The notes below the pieces were generated by a model, which saw only the letters and a list, made by a program, of their open reading frames with translations, did not search any database and was not told where the DNA came from. Source: Lachnospiraceae bacterium (GTDB taxonomy: Bacteria; Bacillota; Clostridia; Lachnospirales; Lachnospiraceae). Taken from it: a DNA stretch of 64,000 nucleotides. The translations under genes and the position numbers were made by a program. How positions within the stretch are numbered: position 1 is the first letter of the stretch; every line of letters starts with the position of its first letter. Shown here piece by piece: positions 1 to 10,217 of the stretch. The DNA is taken from positions 16,304 through 80,303 of the forward strand of contig JAGAQU010000063.1 of assembly GCA_017622575.1 (NCBI GenBank). The letters are read 5' to 3'.

Positions 1-180
1 AAGGTTGTCTCTCCTTTGTTATTAACGGATGTATGCCGGGTACAAATGAAAAATATTGCATTTCGTTAGAAAATGTGATAATATACCATCAAAGCATAAC
101 AGTTTTCTATTTCACAAGGCTTATGCCGTCTCACATCGGTATCATACGGTATCGGTACATCAGAGAATTTCAGGAAATCA

Positions 181-1233
181 ATGCTTTTAATTACCCAATC
201 AAAACAGATTAAGAGCAGGAGATTTCAGATGACCTCCTGCGGAAAACAGGAGGAAGAGATGGAAAAAGACATGAGTGCCAGCATTTTCTTTGCTGACAAT
301 GAGAGGTACGCCGATATTATTAATGGTATCGGATGTGACGGAGTTCCCTTTGTAAAAGGGAAAGATCTGCAGGAGATGGATACGAGAGTAAACCTTGGCA
401 GGATAAACGGATTTCGACGAAAGCCTCGGAAAAAGAAATTGCTTTACAGGGATTTACTTCGCAGAACATCTTTTGGCATGAATTTTGCTATCATTGGGAT
501 TGAAAATCAGGAAGAAATTGATTATGCACTGGCTCTTCGGACTATGTGTTATGATGCCGGAGAATATGAAAGGCAGGCAGTTCAGATTCGGAGAAAAGTG
601 AGAGTAAATCCGCAGGGGCTTACAAAAGGGGAATACTTGTATGGCTTCAAGAAGAAAAGCCGATTGTACCCTACAGTAACCTTTGTGCTATATTACGGAG
701 AAAAGGAATGGGACGGTGCAAAGGATATCCACGGGCTTCTTGATTTTACAGGGATTCCGGACAGCCTGAGAAATAAAGTATCCAATTACCAAATCCATGT
801 TGTAGAGGTACAAAAGCTGGAGAATACGGATATATTTAAAACGGATGTGAAACAGGTATTTGATTTTATCCGTTTTTCGAAAAATAAAGAAAAACTAAAA
901 GAGTTGATAAATACAGATAAAGCCTATGCATTCTTAGAAGAGGATGCTTACGATATGGTGATAAACCATACAGGGGATAAAAAGATGATGAAGATAAAGG
1001 ATAAATATAGGAAAGGTGGGAAAGTGGATATGTGTCAGGGACTAAAGGAATGGATGGAAGATGAGAGAAATGAAGGAAAAGAAATTGGAAAAGAAATTGG
1101 AGATGCGTCGAGACTGATCATAAGTGTGGAAGCTGCCATGAAAAATTTTGATGTGGATTTGAAGCAGGCGTGTGAAGGAACAGGAACCACCGTGGAGGAA
1201 TATGAAAAGGCTAAAATGAATCTGGCAAGGTGA
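181..1233 (+). CDS. Rpn/YhgA-like PD-(D/E)XK recombination-promoting nuclease / putative transposase family protein
   Basis: 350-aa ORF. The N-terminal FFADNERYADIINGI signature and overall layout are typical of the multi-copy Rpn family in Clostridia. The true start may be Met at 259 or 271. Confidence 0.65.
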   Translation: MLLITQSKQIKSRRFQMTSCGKQEEEMEKDMSASIFFADNERYADIINGIGCDGVPFVKGKDLQEMDTRVNLGRINGFRRKPRKKKLLYRDLLRRTSFGMNFAIIGIENQEEIDYALALRTMCYDAGEYERQAVQIRRKVRVNPQGLTKGEYLYGFKKKSRLYPTVTFVLYYGEKEWDGAKDIHGLLDFTGIPDSLRNKVSNYQIHVVEVQKLENTDIFKTDVKQVFDFIRFSKNKEKLKELINTDKAYAFLEEDAYDMVINHTGDKKMMKIKDKYRKGGKVDMCQGLKEWMEDERNEGKEIGKEIGDASRLIISVEAAMKNFDVDLKQACEGTGTTVEEYEKAKMNLAR

Positions 1234-1397
1234 TCATGATGAATTTGAAGGAACGGGCGAAAAACTAGGGAAGAAATCGAAAAATTTCTTCCCTTTTTCC
1301 ATTCTATATTACCACAAAATCAGAAATTTTTCAAGAATACCATTCTTCCATGACACGTAGTATAATGATGCAACAATCTGGAAAAGAGGGGGATATT

Positions 1398-1685
1398 ATG
1401 GAAGAAAAGGATTGGCTTAAAATATTTTCCGCACAGAATCAAATTCAAAAGGTGATGGAGATGAACCGTCAGACAGAGAGGTTTGGACTGGCACTTACGC
1501 AGGAAGAAGCAAGGCTGCAGGAGATCTTCTATACCTTTAAAAATGAAACGCTGGATGAGATTACGGATGATGAACTTCTGGAATTTATGAGAGAGCAGTA
1601 TGAAGAAAAATGTTGTGGGGATACGGAGTATATGGAAGGTACCTTCTTAAGTGATTTTGCACAGATGGTCCGGTCAGGAAAATGA
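1398..1685 (+). CDS. hypothetical small acidic protein
   Basis: ORF with AGAGGGGG Shine-Dalgarno sequence 7 nt upstream of ATG 1398. It is 11 nt from the next gene. No family recognised with confidence. Confidence 0.5.
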   Translation: MEEKDWLKIFSAQNQIQKVMEMNRQTERFGLALTQEEARLQEIFYTFKNETLDEITDDELLEFMREQYEEKCCGDTEYMEGTFLSDFAQMVRSGK

Positions 1686-1696
1686 GGTGAAGGAGA

Positions 1697-2527
1697 ATGA
1701 TATATGAGATGGAAGAATTAGTCCCCATTGCTGCAGGTCTTGCAGATCAATACACCTCAAAAGAGAGTACCTCTATATCCTATGAGAGGGCAAATCATTT
1801 GATGGAGGCTGTCCTATATTGTATCGATCAGGGCAGCGAAGGAAGACAACTCACAGGCGGCAGAGGATTAACAGCCAAGATGGCTTATGAGTACGGATAT
1901 GAGCTTGTGATCCAAAAGGTAAAGCGGACGCAGGAACTTTACCATGAGATGATCATGGAATTTTGTGCTTTTGGAAATGAGAATTACCGGGAAACTGTGG
2001 AGAAAGCCATACCGGGATTTTTTCGGTATTATGATGCAAAATTTGCACCCCGGGAGACCATCATTACCATGGATTATCCTACAATCTGTCCGATAACGGA
2101 TGAAACAGGAATCAATGCCGTTGCAAAATATGTAGAATATATTTTTTATGAACAGAAATTTTTGAGAGCACTTCCGCAGGAATATGTGTGTGACATATTA
2201 TTTCGGTTCCAGCCGGACTACGGAAAGCAGTTTTACAATATCTGTCAGATTATTATAAGACATATTCTGGGGCATATGCTTATAGGAGAGCCACTGGGAA
2301 ACAGGGCAGGCGAAAAAGAATATGCAACACTTGGCAAGCTGATTCTTGAAACAGATGCAGAACATTTGGAAAAACTCATTGAGAGATTATTGCATCAGCT
2401 GATTTTCGAAAAATATGAGGGTGATCAGATGCTGGAATGTTATTTGCAGGCGGATATCAGGAATTTTGCGGTTGAAGTGCAGAATGCTGCACGGAATAAT
2501 GTTGTCAAAAAGGTAGTGGTGTTGTGA
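1697..2527 (+). CDS. hypothetical protein (276 aa)
   Basis: Long ORF with GAGGTGAAGGAG upstream and coding-like composition. No motif recognised. Confidence 0.55.
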   Translation: MIYEMEELVPIAAGLADQYTSKESTSISYERANHLMEAVLYCIDQGSEGRQLTGGRGLTAKMAYEYGYELVIQKVKRTQELYHEMIMEFCAFGNENYRETVEKAIPGFFRYYDAKFAPRETIITMDYPTICPITDETGINAVAKYVEYIFYEQKFLRALPQEYVCDILFRFQPDYGKQFYNICQIIIRHILGHMLIGEPLGNRAGEKEYATLGKLILETDAEHLEKLIERLLHQLIFEKYEGDQMLECYLQADIRNFAVEVQNAARNNVVKKVVVL

Positions 2528-2579
2528 TGGTATTTTTGTGGAAAATGCCCTTGCCTAAACAAAAGCGATGTGGTAGAAT

Positions 2580-2653
2580 ATCCCTCGGTGGCGCACAAGT
2601 GTCTTTGCATTAAAGACTCAAAAAGACAAATGTACGCAAGCGAGGGATTTTTC
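2580..2653 (+). terminator. long imperfect hairpin (ATCCCTCG...CGAGGGAT) followed by TTTTT
   Basis: Outer 8-bp arms at 2580-2587 and 2641-2648, with nested GCGCACA/TGTACGC and GTCTTT/AAAGAC pairings, then a T-run at 2649-2653. It could be the terminator of the upstream gene or an attenuator of the hom operon. Confidence 0.35.
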
Positions 2654-2693
2654 ATAATAAATGATTGTTGATTGTGTATTTATGAGGTAGCTT

Positions 2694-3131
2694 ATGGGAA
2701 ATCGTTATTATGTAGTAAAGGAGCAGGCGGTGCCTGAGGTGCTTCTTAAAGTAGTGGAAGCCAAGAAGCTTCTTGACACGGGAAAAGTGCATACTGTTAA
2801 TGAAGCAGCCGATCAGGTGGGAATCAGCCGCAGTTCCTTCTATAAATATAAAGAGGATATCTTTGAATTTCATGAGCATTCCCAGGGAACCACCATTACC
2901 CTTACTTTTCAGATGGAAGACGAGCCGGGACTATTGTCTGACGTGCTTAAGATCATTGCAGAGTTTGGGGCAAATATACTGACCATCCACCAGAGTATTC
3001 CCATTAACGGGGTGGCATCCTTAAGCTTAAGCATGCAGGTGCTTCCCACTACGGGAAATGTCTCCGAGATGTTAGAGACCATGGAGAAACACAAAGGGGT
3101 CAGAAATGTAAAAATACTGGCTAAGGAATAA
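2694..3131 (+). CDS. ACT domain-containing protein (UPF0735 / PheB-like)
   Basis: 145 aa. The N-terminal HTH-like segment (VNEAADQVGISRSSFYKYKE) followed by an ACT-like C-terminus (GLLSDVLKIIAEFGANILTIHQ) matches this family. Confidence 0.75.
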   Translation: MGNRYYVVKEQAVPEVLLKVVEAKKLLDTGKVHTVNEAADQVGISRSSFYKYKEDIFEFHEHSQGTTITLTFQMEDEPGLLSDVLKIIAEFGANILTIHQSIPINGVASLSLSMQVLPTTGNVSEMLETMEKHKGVRNVKILAKE

Positions 3132-3154
3132 AGCAAACAGGAGGAAAATGAAAA

Positions 3155-4357
3155 ATGATTCAGGTAGCGGTTTTAGGATACGGCACAGTGGGAAGCGGTG
3201 TGGTTGAGGTAATTGAAAAGAATAAAGCGGAGATCAACAAGAAATCGGGAGAAGCGCTGAATATCAAGTATATTCTTGATTTGAGGGATTTCCCCGGTGA
3301 CCCTTATGAGAATAAAGTGGTACATGATGTCAATGTGATCATGGACGATCCGGAGGTAAAGATTATCTGTGAGACTATGGGTGGCTTAAAGCCGGCTTAT
3401 GATTTTACAAAGCGGGCACTTATGAGCGGAAAGAGCGTTTGTACCTCCAACAAGGAGCTGGTGGCAGCTCACGGACCGGAGCTTATCAGGATCGCTCATG
3501 AGAATAAGTGCAACTACCTGTTTGAGGCAAGCGTGGGCGGAGGTATTCCGATTATCCGTCCTTTAAATTATTCTCTGACAGCGGAGAAGATCGATGCCAT
3601 CACAGGTATCCTGAACGGAACTACCAACTATATCTTATCCAAGATGGAAAAGGAAGGCGCGGATTTTGCAGAGGTACTGAAGGAGGCACAGGAAAAAGGC
3701 TATGCCGAGAGGAATCCGGAAGCCGATGTGGAGGGCTATGATGCCTGCCGCAAGATCGCAATCCTTTCCTCCTTAATGTGTGGCAAAAATGTGAAATACG
3801 AAGATATCTATACAGAGGGAATCACGAAGATCACAGCTACGGATTTTGTTTATGCCCATGCTATGGGAAAGACCATCAAACTGCTTGCCCAGAGTAAGGA
3901 AGCGGATGGCAAATTCTATGCCATGGTGGCACCTTTTCTGATCGGCAGAGATCATCCGCTTTATATGGTGAACGATGTGTTCAATGCGGTATGCGTTCAT
4001 GGAAATATGCTTGGAGATTCCATGTATTACGGAAAAGGCGCAGGAAAGCTTCCCACGGCAAGCGCTGTTGTTTCCGATGTAGTGGACTGCGCAAGACATC
4101 TTGGAAAGGTGATCATGTGTTTCTGGGACGATACAGACGTTGCGCTTACCGGAATCGAAGAGGCGAAGAGAAGCTTCTTTGTGAGGGTGAGCGGTGATAA
4201 GGAAAAAGAAGCGATTGCAGCTTTTGAGAGAGTCAGAGTTGTTGAGGCAGATGTCCCCGGTGAATTCGCTTTCGTGACAGATGTGATGACGGAAAAGGAA
4301 TTTAATGAAAAAGCTGAAAAGATCGGCATTATCAGCAGAATCAGAATAGAAGAATAG
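3155..4357 (+). CDS. hom: homoserine dehydrogenase
   Basis: 400 aa. NAD-binding N-terminus (VAVLGYGTVGSGV), the FEASVGGGIPII core and a C-terminal ACT-like tail. Confidence 0.9.
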   Translation: MIQVAVLGYGTVGSGVVEVIEKNKAEINKKSGEALNIKYILDLRDFPGDPYENKVVHDVNVIMDDPEVKIICETMGGLKPAYDFTKRALMSGKSVCTSNKELVAAHGPELIRIAHENKCNYLFEASVGGGIPIIRPLNYSLTAEKIDAITGILNGTTNYILSKMEKEGADFAEVLKEAQEKGYAERNPEADVEGYDACRKIAILSSLMCGKNVKYEDIYTEGITKITATDFVYAHAMGKTIKLLAQSKEADGKFYAMVAPFLIGRDHPLYMVNDVFNAVCVHGNMLGDSMYYGKGAGKLPTASAVVSDVVDCARHLGKVIMCFWDDTDVALTGIEEAKRSFFVRVSGDKEKEAIAAFERVRVVEADVPGEFAFVTDVMTEKEFNEKAEKIGIISRIRIEE

Positions 4358-4368
4358 AGGTAATTATC

Positions 4369-5577
4369 ATGAGTGATAAAAAATTTATCGTGGTTTTAGG
4401 GGATGGAATGGCAGATGAACCCATAGAATCCCTTGGAGGCAAAACACCCCTTCAATATGCGGATACACCTGCACTTGACAGACTGAGCAAGTTTTCCGAG
4501 ATCGGGCTGGTACATACGATTCCTGAGGGAATGAAACCGGGCTCCGATACCGCCAACCTCTCAGTGCTCGGGTATGATCCGAAGATTTACTATTCGGGAC
4601 GCTCGCCTCTGGAAGCCCTGAGCATCGGTGTTCCCATGAAGGATACGGATATTGCCTTAAGATGCAATATCGTGACCATTTCCGAAAATGACGTTCCCTT
4701 TGAGGAACAGATCATTATCGATCACAGCTCCGGCGAGATCAGCACGGAGGATTGTGCAGTGCTCTTAAATGCAGTAAGGGAAGAGCTGCAGAATGAGACT
4801 TACCAGTTTTATGTGGGTACCAGTTATCGCCACTGTCTGATCTGGAACAGGGGACAGGTGCTGGAGTTATCCCAGCCCCACGATGTGTTAGGGCAGGTGA
4901 TCGGACAGTATCTTCCCTCCGATGAAAATCTGCTTTACATGATGAAAAGAAGCTATGAGATCTTAAAGGATCATCCCCTTAATATCGAGCGCAAAAAGAA
5001 GGGCTTAAATCCCGCCAACTGTTGCTGGTTCTGGGGCGCAGGCACGAAGCCGATGCTCTCTTCCTTTGAGGAAAAGAACGGCGTGAAAGGCATGATGGTT
5101 TCTGCCGTGGATCTGCTCAAGGGAATCGCCGTTGGGGCAGGCATGGGAGTCGCTCATGTGGAGGGTGCCAACGGAGGATTAAATACCAATTATGAGGGTA
5201 AGACGCAGGCAGCCCTTGATGCCTTGAAGAACGGGTATGATTTTGCTTATATTCATGTGGAGGCACCGGATGAGATGGGTCATCAGGGCAGTGTGGAAAA
5301 GAAGGTAAAGTCGATCGAGTATCTTGATCAGAGAGTGATAGGACCCTTGACAAAAGCGCTGGATGAGGATAAAACAGAATACAGACTGCTTGTAATGCCG
5401 GATCATCCCACACCCATCAGAGTAAGGACCCATACCGCAGACAGTGTGCCCTATCTTCTCTACGACAGTAATATACAGCAGGAGCACACTTGGAATTATA
5501 ATGAAAAAGAAGCTAAGGAAAGCGGTAATTATGTTGCAAAGGGGCATACAATAATAGATAAACTACTGCAGAAATAA
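4369..5577 (+). CDS. cofactor-independent phosphoglycerate mutase family protein (ApgM-like; candidate non-orthologous homoserine kinase)
   Basis: 402 aa. Metalloenzyme signatures (VVLGDGMAD, GSDTANLS, HVEAPDEMGH, PDHPTP). The gene sits between hom and aspartate kinase. Confidence 0.8.
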   Translation: MSDKKFIVVLGDGMADEPIESLGGKTPLQYADTPALDRLSKFSEIGLVHTIPEGMKPGSDTANLSVLGYDPKIYYSGRSPLEALSIGVPMKDTDIALRCNIVTISENDVPFEEQIIIDHSSGEISTEDCAVLLNAVREELQNETYQFYVGTSYRHCLIWNRGQVLELSQPHDVLGQVIGQYLPSDENLLYMMKRSYEILKDHPLNIERKKKGLNPANCCWFWGAGTKPMLSSFEEKNGVKGMMVSAVDLLKGIAVGAGMGVAHVEGANGGLNTNYEGKTQAALDALKNGYDFAYIHVEAPDEMGHQGSVEKKVKSIEYLDQRVIGPLTKALDEDKTEYRLLVMPDHPTPIRVRTHTADSVPYLLYDSNIQQEHTWNYNEKEAKESGNYVAKGHTIIDKLLQK

Positions 5578-5624
5578 TGAGTGAAAAGGGAATAAGATAA
5601 ACAAATTGTGAGGAGAAAGAAATT

Positions 5625-6944
5625 ATGAAAAAAGTAGTGAAATTTGGTGGAAGCTCGCTTGCCAGTGCAGAGCAGTTTCAGAAGGTGGCGAATATCATCC
5701 ACAGTGATGATAACAGAAGGTATGTGGTACCCTCCGCACCGGGCAAAAGATTTTCAGATGATACCAAGGTGACGGATATGCTCTATGCCTGTTACCATCT
5801 GGCAGAGGCCGACAAGGATTTCAAGAAAGAGCTGTCAGCCATTGCAGAGCGTTATCAGGAGATCATCGACGGGCTTTCTCTTACCCTTTCCTTAAAAGAT
5901 GAGTTTAAGACGATTGAGAAGAACTTTAAAGAAAAAGCGGGAGAAAACTATGCCGCTTCCAGAGGAGAATACTTGAACGGTATCATTATGGCAGCTTACC
6001 TTGGCTATGAGTTTGTGGATGCCGCTGAAGTGATCCGCTTTAAAGACAACGGAGATTTTGATGCGGAGGTTACCAATGAAATTTTGGGACAGCGCCTTGC
6101 TGGAATTGAGAGAGCTGTCATTCCCGGTTTTTACGGTTCCTACGCTGGCGGAAAAGTCAAGACCTTCTCAAGGGGCGGTTCAGACGTGACAGGTTCTATT
6201 GTGGCAAGAGCAGTCAAAGCCGACGTCTATGAGAATTGGACAGATGTTTCCGGATTTCTTGTTGCTGATCCGAGAATTATCGAAAATCCGGAAGCCATTG
6301 AGACCATTACCTACAGAGAACTTCGTGAGCTTTCTTATATGGGAGCAAGTGTGCTCCATGAGGATGCTATCTTCCCGGTGAGAAGAGAGGGCATCCCGAT
6401 CAATATCCGCAATACCAATAAACCGGAGGATGAGGGGACCTGGATTGTGGAGAGCACCTGCCAGAAATCAAAATACGTGATCACAGGTGTGGCCGGCAAG
6501 AAGGGATTCTGCTCTGTCAACATTGAAAAAGCCATGATGAACTCTGAGATCGGATTTGGAAGAAAGGTACTGCAGGCTTTTGAGGATTACGGCATTTCCT
6601 TTGAACACGTTCCTTCCGGCATTGATACCATGACAGTCTTTGTGCATCAGGATGAGTTTATTGATAAGGAACAGAAGGTGGTATCGGCCATTCACAGGCT
6701 GGCTGATCCGGATGCCGTCGATATCGAAGCGGACCTTGCACTGATTGCGGTTGTGGGACGCGGTATGAAATCCACAAGAGGTACTGCAGGGCGTATCTTC
6801 TCAGCTCTTGCCCATGCAAATGTGAATGTAAAGATGATTGATCAGGGCTCCAGCGAGCTGAACATTATCATCGGTGTTGCCAATGATGATTTTGAGACGG
6901 CGATCAAAGCAATTTATGATATTTTTGTGATTGCCCGGATTTAA
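5625..6944 (+). CDS. aspartate kinase
   Basis: 439 aa. VVKFGGSSL N-terminus, amino-acid kinase fold motifs and C-terminal ACT repeats (IAVVGRGM, NIIIGV). Confidence 0.9.
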   Translation: MKKVVKFGGSSLASAEQFQKVANIIHSDDNRRYVVPSAPGKRFSDDTKVTDMLYACYHLAEADKDFKKELSAIAERYQEIIDGLSLTLSLKDEFKTIEKNFKEKAGENYAASRGEYLNGIIMAAYLGYEFVDAAEVIRFKDNGDFDAEVTNEILGQRLAGIERAVIPGFYGSYAGGKVKTFSRGGSDVTGSIVARAVKADVYENWTDVSGFLVADPRIIENPEAIETITYRELRELSYMGASVLHEDAIFPVRREGIPINIRNTNKPEDEGTWIVESTCQKSKYVITGVAGKKGFCSVNIEKAMMNSEIGFGRKVLQAFEDYGISFEHVPSGIDTMTVFVHQDEFIDKEQKVVSAIHRLADPDAVDIEADLALIAVVGRGMKSTRGTAGRIFSALAHANVNVKMIDQGSSELNIIIGVANDDFETAIKAIYDIFVIARI

Positions 6945-6964
6945 AGTTTATGCGTAAAAAATAT

Positions 6965-6996
6965 CGGCAGCTTCCAAGGTGTTTTGGAAGCTGCCG
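6965..6996. terminator. bidirectional intrinsic terminator between convergent genes
   Basis: 13-bp perfect stem CGGCAGCTTCCAA / TTGGAAGCTGCCG with a 6-nt loop, an A-run upstream and T-rich sequence downstream. Confidence 0.75.
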
Positions 6997-7022
6997 TTCT
7001 GATTAGTACAGAAAATGAATTG

Positions 7023-7883
7023 TTAATTTGAGGTTATCATGGTGTCAAAGGGAATGGTTTCATCCCACAAATATGCAAGATATTCTTTGGCGGTATCGGG
7101 CCGCTGGCTGGTAACGGAAATGCCGTAGATAGGAACAGGATCTCCGTAACAGCCTGTCTTCCTGACAAGGGGAGATTCATCCAGAAAGATACCGACAGGA
7201 ATAGGATCCTCCATAGTTTCCGGGTGCCTGTGAGTTTCCGCTTCTGCTGTAATGTCTTCCACAGATGCCTGATTCCGTTTCTGCTGTGCTTCCATAATGT
7301 CTTCATCACTTTGCGCTTCTTCCTCCTCCTCGGCTTTGCGGACCTCTGCGTTATCCAGATAGTAAATCTGACCTTCGAACCGGGCAAGCTCTTCCTCAGT
7401 CATGACATCCCGAAGATCCATCATCATGCCGTTAAAAGAAAAATTAATAAAAACCGGAGCATCCGTAACGAGAACATCAAGATCCTTTGATTGTACCAGA
7501 GCCACCAGTTTCTGGAACGTTGCAATGTCATATTGTGTCTGGTTCTGATAAGAAAGGGTGGAAAGTGTATCGATAAAGCAGTCATAATTTTCCATGTCAA
7601 GTCCGGCATACTCGCCAAAGGATGCTTCCATGGCATCTCCGTCAAGCGAGGGAGCATTCAGCATAATCCCGTAAAAGTTATAATCTTTAGCAGTTACAAT
7701 ATTGTGGATAAAAGAAACACCAAAGATAATGATCAGGATGACTGCGATGGTATGTATTTTGTAGTAATACCAAAAATAGCTGAGTTTTCCTTTGAAACTC
7801 ATATCCTTTGCCTTCAGGTGCTGCTGATGGATCTCATCCTGTACACCTTTATATTCTTTCGGCTGCCAACCTTTTTTGAACAT
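7023..7883 (-). CDS. hypothetical membrane-anchored protein with an acidic insert
   Basis: 286 aa. One predicted TM helix (IHTIAVILIIIFGVSFI) and a Glu-rich stretch. No family recognised. Confidence 0.5.
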   Translation of the reverse strand: MFKKGWQPKEYKGVQDEIHQQHLKAKDMSFKGKLSYFWYYYKIHTIAVILIIIFGVSFIHNIVTAKDYNFYGIMLNAPSLDGDAMEASFGEYAGLDMENYDCFIDTLSTLSYQNQTQYDIATFQKLVALVQSKDLDVLVTDAPVFINFSFNGMMMDLRDVMTEEELARFEGQIYYLDNAEVRKAEEEEEAQSDEDIMEAQQKRNQASVEDITAEAETHRHPETMEDPIPVGIFLDESPLVRKTGCYGDPVPIYGISVTSQRPDTAKEYLAYLWDETIPFDTMITSN

Positions 7884-8164
7884 AACTATATTCCTCTTAT
7901 ATTTATTTTTATGACTTGCTTTTCTCTGAGGAGTATATTAAAATACTCACAATATTTATTTTTGCAATTATCTAATTTATCATACCTATATTAAAAAGGG
8001 CTGTCAATGATACAAAATGTTCTGTCTCTAAAAAATAAATGAAATTTTTATAAAAATTTTAAATGGACAATCTGTATCTCGATATCTCTTGAAAGTTGAA
8101 ATGAAATATACTATCATTATAGTGTTGTACTTTAATTTTTACGTGGAAGGAAAGGAATGATATC

Positions 8165-10197
<2,033 letters not shown>

Positions 10198-10217
10198 ACA
10201 TTGGGAGAGAAAAGCAG

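Noticed and set aside
7037-7387. A basic 116-aa ORF in an alternative frame of the 286-aa membrane protein gene.
   Set aside because: It is the frame-shifted reading of a Glu-rich (GAA/GAG) coding stretch, which automatically yields Lys/Arg-rich peptides. There is no independent start signal.
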